Assembly: GCA_963817895.1 (NCBI GenBank)
Contig: CAWFQB010000004.1
Span: 480,001-544,000 of the forward strand
DNA length: 64,000 nucleotides
Reading direction: 5' to 3'
Origin: an uncultured Chthonomonadaceae bacterium
GTDB lineage: Bacteria > Armatimonadota > Chthonomonadetes > Chthonomonadales > Chthonomonadaceae
Shown: piece after piece, positions 42,611-53,116 of the stretch
Position numbering within the stretch: position 1 is the stretch's first letter
Layout of the letters: each line of letters opens with the position of its first letter
Made by a program: the position numbers and the translations under genes
The notes under the pieces: model-generated
The model's database searches: none
Told to the model about the DNA's origin: nothing
Seen by the model: the letters and a program-made list of their open reading frames with translations, nothing else

Positions 42611-43597
42611 ATGATTGATCTGGAAGAACTGCCAATGCGGGTCGCGGTCGGGCAGATGAACGAACTGACGGACGAGCAACTCGCGTTCGCGCAACAGTGC
42701 GGCGTTGAAGATATTCAACTGAATACGCCCACGCTTCCGGGTGAAGAGCGGTGGGAACGGGAAGACCTTTGCGCCTTGCAGGAACGGGCGCAGGCGCATA
42801 ACCTGCGCCTGATCGCGCTGGAAAACGTTCCTGTCCGCTTTTACGACAAAATCATGCTCGGTTTGGAGGGACGCGAACGGCAGTTGGAGAATATGAGCGC
42901 GACGATCCGCAATATGGGGCAGGCGGGAATTCCCATTCTTGGCTACCACTGGATGCCCAACGGCGTATGGCGCACGGATTTCGCCACGCCGGTACGCGGC
43001 GGGGCCATTTCCAACTCGTTCAAATACGCGCTGGCGAAAGACCTGCTCCTGACGCACGGCGAAGAGTTTTCCGAAGCCGTGATGTGGGCCAACTACGACT
43101 GGTATCTGGAACGCATTTTGCCCGTGTGCGAGGAGGCCGGGGTACGGTTTGCCCTGCATCCCGACGATCCACCCGTACCCACGCTTGGCGGCGTCGCCCG
43201 ATTGTTTCACAGTTTCGACAACTTCAGGCGGGCGATAGAAACGCATCCCAGCCCCATGCACGGACTGGATTTTTGTCACGGCTGCTGGTCGGAAATGCGC
43301 GGCGGCGCGGGCATTCTGGAAGCTATCGAATGGTTCGGCAGCCGCAACCGCATTTTGTACGTTCATTTGCGCGACGTGCAGGGCTGCGCCGAAGACTTTA
43401 CGGAGTGTTTCATAGACGAGGGGAACAGCGACATTGTTGCGGTTGTGCAGAAATTGAAGGACGTGGGCTTTCGTGGCTTCATTCTCGATGACCACGTTCC
43501 GCATCTGGTGAACGATTCGACATGGGGGCATCGCGGGCGGGCGTTCGCCACCGGCTATCTGCTCGGCATCCTCCACTCCGTTGTGGGGCGTAAATAA
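42611..43597 (+). CDS. uxuA: Mannonate dehydratase
   Basis: ALHPDDPP, GLDFC.G, YVHLRDV, DHVP. Confidence 0.8.
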   Translation: MIDLEELPMRVAVGQMNELTDEQLAFAQQCGVEDIQLNTPTLPGEERWEREDLCALQERAQAHNLRLIALENVPVRFYDKIMLGLEGRERQLENMSATIRNMGQAGIPILGYHWMPNGVWRTDFATPVRGGAISNSFKYALAKDLLLTHGEEFSEAVMWANYDWYLERILPVCEEAGVRFALHPDDPPVPTLGGVARLFHSFDNFRRAIETHPSPMHGLDFCHGCWSEMRGGAGILEAIEWFGSRNRILYVHLRDVQGCAEDFTECFIDEGNSDIVAVVQKLKDVGFRGFILDDHVPHLVNDSTWGHRGRAFATGYLLGILHSVVGRK

Positions 43598-43624
43598 GGG
43601 TCTGTAAATCTATAACGTTCCGGC

Positions 43625-43648
43625 GGACACAACATGTTGTGTCCCTAC
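43625..43648. repeat. Single GTAG-family REP
   Basis: GGACACAACATGTTGTGTCCCTAC. Confidence 0.75.
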
Positions 43649-43695
43649 GTTCGGAACCTTACACTGTCTCAGATTCTAAAGGGAGATCATTACTG

Positions 43696-45705
43696 TTGAA
43701 AACATCGGCCCTGTTTGCTTCTCGTTTTCTCATCCTTTTGGCGTTATTGGCTTCAGGCGTTGGTTCCGCTTTGGCGCAGGGCAAGCCCAGACAGGCAACG
43801 CCGAAACAGGCTGCGTCAAAGCCGCCCGCAGCAAAACCCGTCGCGTCGAAAGCGGCGTGGACGCTGATGATTTATGAGGATGCCGATAATTCGCTCGAAA
43901 CTCCGCAAATGGCGAACGTCAAGGAGATGCTGCAAGTGGGCAGCAGCGAACAGGTACAGATCGTGATGCTGTGCGACCGCAGCCCGAAAAGCGTCCCGAA
44001 AGACCAGTACACGGACGAGGCTATTGGCGAATTGCCCGATTGGGCCGGGGCGAAACTGCTGCATGTGGAAAAAGGCAAACTGAAAGAACTGGCGGATTGG
44101 CACGAAACCAACATGGCGGATTCAGCCACCCTGCGCCGGTTTCTGGAAGCGGGCGCGAAAGCGTACCCTGCAGACCATTACGGCCTGATTATCGCCGATC
44201 ACGGTTCAGGATGGGAAGCGCTGTGCGTGGACGAGAGCAGCGGCGATAAGGTCATGAGCCTGCGCGATCTGCGGGCGGGATTGGAAGCGTTTACAGCCGC
44301 GCATGGCAAACTGGAAATGGTAGGATTGGATGCCTGCCTGATGGCGAGTTTTGAAACGGCGCAGGCTCTACAGCCGGTCGCGCATTACATGGTAGCGTCG
44401 GAAGAACTGGCTCCGGGGCGGGGCTGGAACTACGACGCGCTACTGAAAAAACTTGTTGAAACGCCAACAATGACGGGTTACGATCTGGGACGAACCATTG
44501 TAGATGCGTACACCATCCATTTTCGCGAATCCAAAGACCCCCTTGCGCAGTTTGAAGCGATGGGTACAACCCTTTCCGTGCTCGATTTGGAACAACTCCC
44601 CCTGCTTGTCAGCGCGATGAACGTGGCGGGAGATCGCTGTTCCAACGCGCTACGGGGCGGGCGTCCGGGCTGGATTAAAGTGGCGCGTTCGCGGGCGGCT
44701 TCCGAAGAATACGGCGCGTCGGGAGTGCGGGGCGAAGGCAGCGAGGAGGAGATGCACGACCTGATGGGCATCGCGCAATCGCTGGAAGCGTCGGGCGATC
44801 CCGCTGTGGCCGACGCGGGACGGCAGGTGGATGAGGCCATTCGCAAGGTAGTGCGTTATCTCATGCGCGGCCTTTGCCGTCCCCACGCGGGCGGCATCTC
44901 GGTGTATTTCCCCACAGATGGTATCACGCTGCAAGACGCGACGGGCGCGGCGTATCTGCATCGCACGTATGCCGGGGAGTGCCGCTGGATCAATTTTCTG
45001 AGTCTGTACTCCGTCGCCATCAACGACTTCGCGGAAAAACCCGTTCTGTTCCCCCTGAAATTTACCGGGAAAACAGCCTCGCTCAACAAACCCATTGAAA
45101 TTCTTTCTAAGACGGCTGATAAAGATGTAGACAAAGTCCACTTCCTGATGCTTGCCCATGACGGCCCGGATTTGCTTGTGATTGGACGCCTGCCCACCTT
45201 CGCCACGCCCGACGGCACGTTAGGGCAGCAGTTCAAGGGCTTATGGTTCATGTTGAGCGACAAGAAGCGGATTGTGACGTGTCCGATTACCTCGTTCGAG
45301 TCGCTGGACAGCAAGGGGACGCGCTATCTGGCCTACGTTCCCGCGCAAATCCGGCGGCGCGATACCGCCAAATGGATAGACGTGGAATTCACTTTTCTGA
45401 TAGACTCTCAGGGCAAAGCGCCGCACGGACAACTGCTGTATGCGTTTGCCGAAACCCCGCAGGGGCCACTGCAAATTCCGCTTTTGCCCGGTGATTCAAT
45501 TTTGCCCGTGTACACCCGTCTGACCGCCGAGGGCGGCATAAAGGACTGGACGGGCGGAGAAAAGGCCGCGATACATCTGGAGAATCCGGGCGATTTTACA
45601 CTGGGATGGGGCCAGATCAGCAAGGGCGCGTACCAACTCGGCTTTGAGGTAATTAATCTAGCGGGACTGCCTGCCGTGAAACTGGAAGATTTTATATTGG
45701 AGTAA
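43696..45705 (+). CDS. Secreted clostripain-family (C11) cysteine peptidase
   Basis: WTLMIY..ADN.LE, ADHGSGW (His), LDACLMA (Cys), ASEE..PG.GW.Y. Confidence 0.85.
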   Translation: MKTSALFASRFLILLALLASGVGSALAQGKPRQATPKQAASKPPAAKPVASKAAWTLMIYEDADNSLETPQMANVKEMLQVGSSEQVQIVMLCDRSPKSVPKDQYTDEAIGELPDWAGAKLLHVEKGKLKELADWHETNMADSATLRRFLEAGAKAYPADHYGLIIADHGSGWEALCVDESSGDKVMSLRDLRAGLEAFTAAHGKLEMVGLDACLMASFETAQALQPVAHYMVASEELAPGRGWNYDALLKKLVETPTMTGYDLGRTIVDAYTIHFRESKDPLAQFEAMGTTLSVLDLEQLPLLVSAMNVAGDRCSNALRGGRPGWIKVARSRAASEEYGASGVRGEGSEEEMHDLMGIAQSLEASGDPAVADAGRQVDEAIRKVVRYLMRGLCRPHAGGISVYFPTDGITLQDATGAAYLHRTYAGECRWINFLSLYSVAINDFAEKPVLFPLKFTGKTASLNKPIEILSKTADKDVDKVHFLMLAHDGPDLLVIGRLPTFATPDGTLGQQFKGLWFMLSDKKRIVTCPITSFESLDSKGTRYLAYVPAQIRRRDTAKWIDVEFTFLIDSQGKAPHGQLLYAFAETPQGPLQIPLLPGDSILPVYTRLTAEGGIKDWTGGEKAAIHLENPGDFTLGWGQISKGAYQLGFEVINLAGLPAVKLEDFILE

Positions 45706-45745
45706 ATCTACGGACGTAGATTTTCACAAGATGCAAAGGAGCAAC

Positions 45746-46543
45746 ATGAAACTGGGAGCGAATTCCGTGCTGTTTGGCGGGCATGATCTGGAAACGGCCT
45801 TCAAATATCTGAAACTGTCGGGCTATGACGGACTGGAACTGTCCGCCATTGACGGCATGAGCGAGCATCTGGTACTGGACAACTGGCGCGAACTGGCCCC
45901 GGAAATCAAGCGGCTGTCAATGGAATATGGGCTGGAACTGCTGGCAATGGAGCAGCCGAACCAGAACCCCGAAAAGATGGAACTGGCGTTTCAAGCTGCT
46001 GCGGAGATCGGTATTCCCATCGTCAACTGCGGCCCGGGCGGCAAATCGGATGATGAAAGCAGTTTGCAGGAAAGCATCAACTCGCTTGGAGCGCTTGCGG
46101 ACAGGGCGCAAACATACGGCGTCATTCTGTGTGTGAAGGCGCACGTCGGCGCAAGCATTTACAACACGCCCACAACATTACGGGCAATGGAAGCGATAAC
46201 GTCTTCGGCATTCGGCATTGACATGGACCCTTCGCACATCTGGCGGGCGGGCGAAAACCCCGTTGACGCCATTACCGCCGTCCTTTCCCGCGTGAAACAC
46301 GTCCATATCCGCGACTGCAAAGGCCGCCAGCAAAACCCCGGCAAGCCGGAAGACCAGGCGAACGGCAGGGGCGACATTGATCTCGTCGGCTACATTCGCG
46401 CCCTGCATACGGGCGGCTATGATGGCCCGGTGAACCTTGAAATCATCGGCGCGAAAACTTACGGAGTAGAACAATGCTGCATCATCGCCGCTAAATCGCG
46501 TGGTCACATGCAGGCGTGTTTGCAGGCTTGCGGAGCGCGTTAA
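45746..46543 (+). CDS. Sugar phosphate isomerase/epimerase (xylose isomerase-like TIM barrel)
   Basis: GYDGLEL, DMDPSH, HVHIRD, GYDGPVNLE. Confidence 0.8.
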   Translation: MKLGANSVLFGGHDLETAFKYLKLSGYDGLELSAIDGMSEHLVLDNWRELAPEIKRLSMEYGLELLAMEQPNQNPEKMELAFQAAAEIGIPIVNCGPGGKSDDESSLQESINSLGALADRAQTYGVILCVKAHVGASIYNTPTTLRAMEAITSSAFGIDMDPSHIWRAGENPVDAITAVLSRVKHVHIRDCKGRQQNPGKPEDQANGRGDIDLVGYIRALHTGGYDGPVNLEIIGAKTYGVEQCCIIAAKSRGHMQACLQACGAR

Positions 46544-46811
46544 GCCTTGCCGGGTCTTTATCAGGAGGAGACGAAACGGTTAGTACGACTATGCTGTCAC
46601 TGAAAAAGCAATAGCATAAGAATGTATATGCAAACTGCTCCAGTTGCGGTATAATAAAACCCTGCTCGCTTCCTGATTGTTACCGGTGGATGTAGTCGTT
46701 CCTTGCTTATACAGATGGATTTCCCAATGTCACGACGCGGCAGAGACGTACTCCAATCATCTGCGGATGATTAAATCTTTGCGCGAAATCGCGCTGACAA
46801 GGAACAACCAC

Positions 46812-47829
46812 ATGTCTCTTGCTTTCCGTTCTCTGCTGTGCGACTGCCGTAAATTTGTCCGTCCGGTTCAACCAGAAAACCTGACTCGCGGCCTGCGAAC
46901 CGGCATGGCCTGTTTTGCGCTGGCGTTTCTGATTGTCGGAACCTGCCCGCTAACCGCCGGGGCGCAACTGACGATTGACAATCCCAATGGCGTGGGAAGC
47001 ACGGTCTTTTCGGGTATGGACGGCAACAACGTCGTGGGCGGGTATGTAGACAGCATGATGCGCGACCATGGCTTCCTCTACAATGGTCAAACCTTCACAC
47101 CAATAGACGTCCCTAACGCCCTGTTAACCGATCCCTTCGCAGTTTCAGGAAACAACATCGTGGGTTCCTATACGGATAGCATGATGCGCGATCATGGCTT
47201 CCTCTACAATGGCGCTACTTTCACAACGCTTGATGTTGCCGGGAGTATCGGAACACAGGCGCACGGCATTTCGGGCAATCATATCGTCGGCGAATACGTG
47301 GACAGCTCGTTTAATGTTCTCGGTTTTCTGTACGACGGCGCTAACTTCACCACGCTGAACGGCCCGATTGGAGCAACGCAAACTGTCGCCTACGGTATTG
47401 AGGGCAACAACATCGTGGGAACCTATGCGGACGCCACCGGCACGGATCACGGTTTCCTGTACGACGGCGCGACCTATACAACGTTCACCGACCCGAACGC
47501 GGGAACCGGTTTCGACATCGGCACGTACGCCAGCGCGATTTCAAGGCAGCACAATCCTGGGTTCCTATACCGATGCAGGTGGAACCAATCACGGCTTCCT
47601 GTACGACGGCTTCCACTTCACTGCGATAGACAATCCGCTTGCCGGACCGAGGGGAACATTTGCCTTCGGACTTTCCAATGGCAGAATCTCCGGCACCTAC
47701 TACGACGCGCTCGGAAACACGCATGGCTATATCGTTCCCGAACCCGGCAGTCTCGCCCTGCTCGGCGGGCTTGTTCTGTCCCTGCTTCCGCTCAAACGCC
47801 GCCGACACAGGAAACAGACTGCGCCGTAA
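46812..47829 (+). CDS. PEP-CTERM surface protein with HGFLY(D/N)G repeats (frameshift near 47545)
   Basis: Repeats of about 42 aa; C-terminus VPEPGSLALLGGLVLSLLPLKRRR in ORF 47368-47829. Confidence 0.8.
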
Positions 47830-47908
47830 ATCATTCCGTACCATCGGCGCGTGAAACGTTCGTGTCTGTGTTATAATTTGGTAAGAATAGGAATGGAGGC
47901 AGAGAAAA

Positions 47909-48127
47909 ATGGCACAAGCACAAACTTATGAAGGAACCCCTGAGCAACTTGTGAAGCAGTTGAGCAAATTGCCGGGTACGCGCAAATACAAGATTACGGT
48001 TACGCCTGACGAGTCGCCCACAGCCACAACGTCAAAGATGATTACCTTCGGTATGTTTCCTCAACTCCAATCGCTGACGGAAGAGGATTTCAAAAGCGCA
48101 GAATGGCGAGAGGACGTTGAGTTTTAG
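47909..48127 (+). CDS. Putative antitoxin (72 aa), copy 2
   Basis: Directly upstream of and overlapping a PIN gene; TGTGTTATAAT promoter and GGAGG RBS. Confidence 0.75.
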   Translation: MAQAQTYEGTPEQLVKQLSKLPGTRKYKITVTPDESPTATTSKMITFGMFPQLQSLTEEDFKSAEWREDVEF

Positions 48128-48480
48128 TGGAAACCAAGCACTTTGTAGATACTCACGCCTTCCTCTGGTATCTGGCGGGAAGTCCCTTGCTTGGCGAGAA
48201 CGCAAAAGCGATTTTGCAGGAACCTGCTAGCGCATTACTTCTTCCCGCCACCGCTCTGGCAGAAGCCTGCTGGATTGTGCAGCGAGGCCGCGTGGCGCTT
48301 ACCATCTCAGATATATTGACGGCTATTGATAATGACCCTCGTATTGTCATTGTTCCTCTTGACCGAACGATCATTGAGCGAAGTAATACGCTGACTGCCA
48401 TCGGAGAAATGCACGACCGGCAGATCGTAGCCACAGCCCTTGTTTTTCAGGATCAGGGCGAGACAGTTGATTTGCTAGAC
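48127..48480 (+). pseudogene. PIN (VapC-like) toxin lacking its C-terminus at the IS junction
   Basis: VDTHAFLWY, ALAEA, MHDRQIVATA; after ETVDLL the frame runs into IS sequence without the final T.D motif. Confidence 0.7.
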
Positions 48481-48496
48481 GTGTACCCTGTTTTCT

Positions 48497-50220
48497 GGTT
48501 CACCGCTGCTTTTGGTGAGCGGGAGGCAGGCTCTGTTGTCCGTACAATTTTGCCGTCTGTTTCAGGTGGCTTGCACCCTCGGCAGCACCCGCGCCCGCAG
48601 CAGATCGAAACTTGGCGCGTCCGTACATGGAACGCTTCACCAGTTTGAGACGGTTCACCTGCCCTCAATCTGACCATTGCTCCATGGCAGCGACAAACCG
48701 GCTTCGACCGCTGCCAAGTCCTGCTTGAGACTGGCAGCAAAACGGGCCAACACCGTATTGCCGCTGTCGGTGGCGGCTTGCATCCAGGCGGGCAGCGCCG
48801 CTTTATTGCGCTTACGTACCATGCCCAGGAACTGCTGCGCCAGATCATAGGCGCTCTGCAAGGCGGGACATTGCTGCCACAAAGCCGTGAGAAATGCTTG
48901 TTGCTTGGCGTCTAAGTCTTGCGTTCGGCACAGGAACCAGGCCGCAATTTGCCGTGTCGCGGGTACTTTGGGCATAGGGGCTTTCTCCTGCGCCTGACGC
49001 AGAGCGGTGACATAGCGGCATACCCACGAGGCGACGCCCGTGTAGCCCTGCTCTTTGAGTTCACGCGCCAGTTGGCAGGCATTGCGGCAGCCTTCCTGCC
49101 AGCGTTTATGCAGATACGGCTTGAACGGGTCTAACGAGGTTGGCTCAGGCGAACGCGGGGCGCGCTCCGGGAACGTCCCTGCCCGTATATAGTGAGCGAC
49201 CGTCGCCCGCGCTACATCCAGTCGGCGCGCAATCTCGCGTTGCTCGATGCCTTGCTGGTGCAGTTGCACCACCTGTTCATAGCGTTCCAAGCGTTTGCGA
49301 CGGCGCTCCTGGCTTTCTTCCTCCGCCATCTTGCCCTTCGTAGGCGGCCAAGCAACGGCGATAGGTTCTTGCAAGGCAGGCGCGGCCTGTTTCAACGCGG
49401 CCCGGTTCTGGTCGAGAACCCGCTCCAGCGTTTCAGACAGGTTCTTGAGCAAGTGCCAGCGATCCGCCACCTGAACGGCGTTGGGAGCGCCTTGCCTGGC
49501 TCCGTCAGCATACGCGCCTGCGCGGTCACGGCTGAGTATCTCCACGCCGGGATGCGCTTGCAGCCAGGTTGTCAGGCTCTGCGAAGTGGCATCGGGGAGC
49601 AGGTCAACGACGCGATGCTGCTCCAGGTCCACCAGAATGGTTCCATAACGGCGGCCTTTGCGGAACGCCCAATCGTCTACACCCAACACCCGCACGGGGG
49701 CAGCGCCTCGTTGCGGCGCCGACACTGGCCTGCCGAAGACGGCGCAGGAGGGTGTTGGGACTGACGAGCAGCCCTAAACTGACGGCCAACCGCGCTCCGG
49801 CTTCGCCGCCCAGAGCGTAGCCGAGCAGATACAAAGCATGGTGCAGGCGGTTTGTCTTGCGCGCATAGCGGGCCGCGAGATCAGGAAGCGGCTCGGTGAA
49901 GATGCGGCGTGAGCATCCAGGCTGGTCGCAGAAGAACTTGCGCGCCTGCACATTGATCTGCACGGCAACGCGGTTCCAGGGCATGTCGGCCAGAGTACGC
50001 GCGTAGCGGCTATGCACTCGCGCCGAAGCGTGTTGGCACACAGGGGCAGGTCGCCGAAGTCGCCACGACAGCCAGGTCAATGACGATCTTGTCGGCCGTG
50101 CTGGTGACTTGCACAACGCGCAGGCCGTCGCCTGTGGGCAGCAAAGTAGAAGTAGACATACTTCTTTTTACTGGCTGCCATTTACCCGCAGTTCCTTTTC
50201 ACCAAAAGCGGCGGTGAACC
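48497..50220 (-). mobile_element. ISL3 family insertion sequence
   Basis: 22-bp terminal IR GGTTCACCGC(T/C)GCTTTTGGTGA (21/22) enclosing the transposase. Confidence 0.85.
48562..50159 (-). CDS. ISL3 transposase (several frameshifts)
   Basis: HSRYARTLAD.P, RKFFC...C.RRIFTE, GVDDWAFRKG..YGT, SRDRAGAYA, VADRWHL, WSNGQIEG. Confidence 0.85.
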
Positions 50221-50243
50221 AATTTATCGGGGGACAGGTCAAA

Positions 50244-50892
50244 TTACGCATGGCTGCCACCCGTACGCTTGTACAAAATAAAGGAGTAGGCGGCGGGAAT
50301 CAACAGGGCCACCATCAGGAAGATTGTACTCGCCGCTACCGGCGCGCCCAACCAGATGGCAATGGCCCCGATAATGCCTGCGCCCGTCAGCAAATAGCCC
50401 CCCAGACGATGCGTTGCCACCCATACCTCATCGCTCGCCAGTGTCCAGGGGGTGCGTATGCCCATCCACAAATTGCGCTTTACGCGCCCAAGCACGTTGC
50501 CCATCAGCGCCAGAAGCAGAAACAGGCCAACCAGCAGGCTGCGTCCGAATTCCAGAGTGGGATGCAGCGCCGCCTGTAGCATAATGATGTGGATATAGCC
50601 CATTAGCGCCGTACATATCAGCATCAGGTAATCGAACGTTTTGCGGAACGATGTTACGCTGAAATTGTCGGGCGACCGCAGCGGCAGCGTCACCTGCATC
50701 CCGATCAATGCCAGCATCACGCTCGGCATCAGCCACACCGCCAGACTTTTTCTCGGCCCAGCCATCTACCTGCCCGCGCAGGTTCCAGTGGATCGGGATG
50801 CTGTCCGGCAATTGCGGGTAAAGCGCCAGGGAATATACGATTGCGGCGGCGAGTAATCCGCCCGCGATAAACAATGCCTGTCTGGATTTCAT
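50244..50892 (-). CDS. sdpI: SdpI-family immunity membrane protein (frameshift near 50748)
   Basis: LPDSIPIHWN..GQVDGW, GIRTPWTLASDEVW..THR. Confidence 0.8.
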
Positions 50893-51236
50893 AGGTCTGA
50901 CCTCGCTGCGCTGGAAACGGCGTCACATGCGATCGTTGTTGGGAATGGATCCTCGCCCGGCTGAAGTGTTTCGCCAGGTTCCGGCGCGAACACATTCAGC
51001 AGAACGCTCATTACGTCCTGAAAAACCGTTGTATTGAGGGCATACACGATCTGCTGCCCTTTGCGCGTGGCCGTCACCAGTTCCGCCTGCTTGAGCAGAT
51101 TGAAATGGTGCGACATGGAAGGGGCAGAAATACCGAAATGCGCCGCCAACTCCCCGGCAGGCATCTCGCGCTGCCGCAGCAGTTTGAGAATGTGCCGACG
51201 GGTAGGGTCCGCCAATGCTTTGAACACCAAATCCAT
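50889..51236 (-). CDS. sdpR: ArsR-family autorepressor SdpR
   Basis: FKALADPTRR.IL, SMSHHF..LKQA.LV, YALNTTVFQD; coupled to sdpI. Confidence 0.8.
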   Translation of the reverse strand: MDLVFKALADPTRRHILKLLRQREMPAGELAAHFGISAPSMSHHFNLLKQAELVTATRKGQQIVYALNTTVFQDVMSVLLNVFAPEPGETLQPGEDPFPTTIACDAVSSAARSDL

Positions 51237-51254
51237 AGGCTGCCGTCCTCTTCG

Positions 51255-51292
51255 CTGTATATTAGATGATTAGTCAATTGTCTAATATACAG
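51255..51292. promoter_or_regulatory. SdpR operator-like palindrome
   Basis: CTGTATATTAGA-N14-TCTAATATACAG just upstream of sdpR. Confidence 0.65.
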
Positions 51293-51582
51293 TGTACTGA
51301 CAAGACTCTCGTTTGTCAAGGGTGGGAAGGAGTAAATTGAACATGCGCGAACCGAAAATGGCGAACCTGAGTTATATTGACAATTTGCCGCGTTCTGTAC
51401 GCCGCCACACATGGAGAATCAGGTAGGAAGTGAGCATCCACACACAACTGCGCGTGACAACAATGCAGATTCCCGCAGGCAAGTAGAACGAAGCGCCACT
51501 ACTCTTGCCGGGAAACTCGTTCTACAGGCGCAAAGAGTTTGCGCCTGCTCCCGTATCATCTCCGCTATACTTCACGCAGCCA

Positions 51583-51855
51583 TCAATCTTCGCTGATTTC
51601 TACGCCATGTGTTCTGGCGGCTTGTTTGATACGATTCTTGATCTTGGTTACGTCAGCCGCCTCGTACCTGGCGGCATTGTCCTTATGGTTGATGTATTGC
51701 CAGGCGGCGCGCACATGTTCGGGCGTATCAATGGGGTATTTCTTGTTCGTTGTATCCGCGAACTCCACATCTCCGTAGCGATGTTCGCCCTCGTCGGGGT
51801 TTACATCGTCTCGTTTTTCCACCTTGCTGCCGGACTGACTTTTCGTATCGCTCAT
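51583..51855 (-). CDS. DUF6582-like small protein
   Basis: YGDVEFAD..NKKYPIDT.EHVRAAW.YIN. Confidence 0.75.
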   Translation of the reverse strand: MSDTKSQSGSKVEKRDDVNPDEGEHRYGDVEFADTTNKKYPIDTPEHVRAAWQYINHKDNAARYEAADVTKIKNRIKQAARTHGVEISED

Positions 51856-52222
51856 CGTTGATCTCCTTTGCACTGATCACCGCATCGTGACAGTCTCTAT
51901 TCTTCATGACTGTATATCTGTTTCAAGCCATTTAGGCAGGAGAATGACTTCTGCCGTTTTCAACAAAGAGACTGTGCCAATAACTTACGATGTTCCAAAA
52001 AGTCCGCGTGTCCATGTGCCGAAGCGCAATGAGAAACACGCGGATTCCTCTACTCCTGGCAGGATTTCCGCAACCCCGTCTGTAATCATTAGTGAAATGG
52101 GAAACATAGCTATGGCGGTTTCCATTGAAGGGCGACACCTTTACCGTCTCATGTCGGAACAGTTGGAATACTATAACCGCAACAGGCGTCTCGTCCACTT
52201 GCCCTGATAGAAAGGCCTCCTG

Positions 52223-52738
52223 ATGCGACATTCTTCTGACCAGGTTGCTATTGACCTGATTGCCCTTGCTATTGTGCGTCACGAAGACAAAATTGTGCTT
52301 GTCCAGCAGCGATTGAGCGATGGCGTTGCGCCTACGTGGGTGATTCCAGGTGGCCTGGTAGAAGCGGGAGAACTCGTTAGCGAAGCCCTGGTTCGGGAAG
52401 TACGGGAAGAAGCGGGCGTACATGTTGAGGAAGTGGGACATCTCGCCTGTGTGATGCAGATTGATCGTCCCGTCCATCACGCGCAAACTCTTGCCTACTT
52501 CTTCGAGGTCGCGAAATGGCACGGAGAGTTGGGCGTCCATGATCCTGATAACGAAGTGCTGGCGGTGGAACTCGTGTCGCTCGTTGATGTTATTACAAGG
52601 CTACAGAGCAATGGCGGCTGGCCCTGTATTCAAACGCCTCTAATCGCCTATCTGAAGCGCGAAATGGCAGCAGGGGCCTTCTGGCTCTATCGAGAAGACG
52701 TAAAGGGGCAGCATCTTATCGCCCGGATGCCAAAGTAA
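52223..52738 (+). CDS. NUDIX hydrolase
   Basis: PGGLVEAGE....ALVREVREEAG Nudix box. Confidence 0.85.
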   Translation: MRHSSDQVAIDLIALAIVRHEDKIVLVQQRLSDGVAPTWVIPGGLVEAGELVSEALVREVREEAGVHVEEVGHLACVMQIDRPVHHAQTLAYFFEVAKWHGELGVHDPDNEVLAVELVSLVDVITRLQSNGGWPCIQTPLIAYLKREMAAGAFWLYREDVKGQHLIARMPK

Positions 52739-52797
52739 CATGAAAAACTTCGCGCCCAAAATGCCGCTTTGTAGAACTTAACCGCTCACGCGCCATT

Positions 52798-53037
52798 GTG
52801 AACCGACAACCTCAACCGGTGCGTCGCATCCACATCATCGGCATGGCAGGCAGTGACAAAACCACGCTGGCTCGTCAAGTTGCCGCTCGTTTGAAGGCAT
52901 CCTGCTACGAATTGGATGTGATCGGTTATGAAAACGGTTCGGGCGCGAAACGCTCACGGGAACAACGTCAGGCCGACATTCAGAGCATTCTCGCGCAACC
53001 CTGTTGGCAAGGTCGTACATTGTCGCCGTCCTGCTGA
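52798..53037 (+). pseudogene. Fragment of an adenylate-kinase/FlaR-like P-loop protein
   Basis: RIHIIGMAGSDKTTLARQ with a degenerate P-loop, then early stop. Confidence 0.55.
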
Positions 53038-53116
53038 TGTCAAAGTGTTCTTGAAGCAGATCGCATAAGGACATTCAGATACATCATCAATCAACATGAT
53101 CTCCGCCCTTTTCCAC

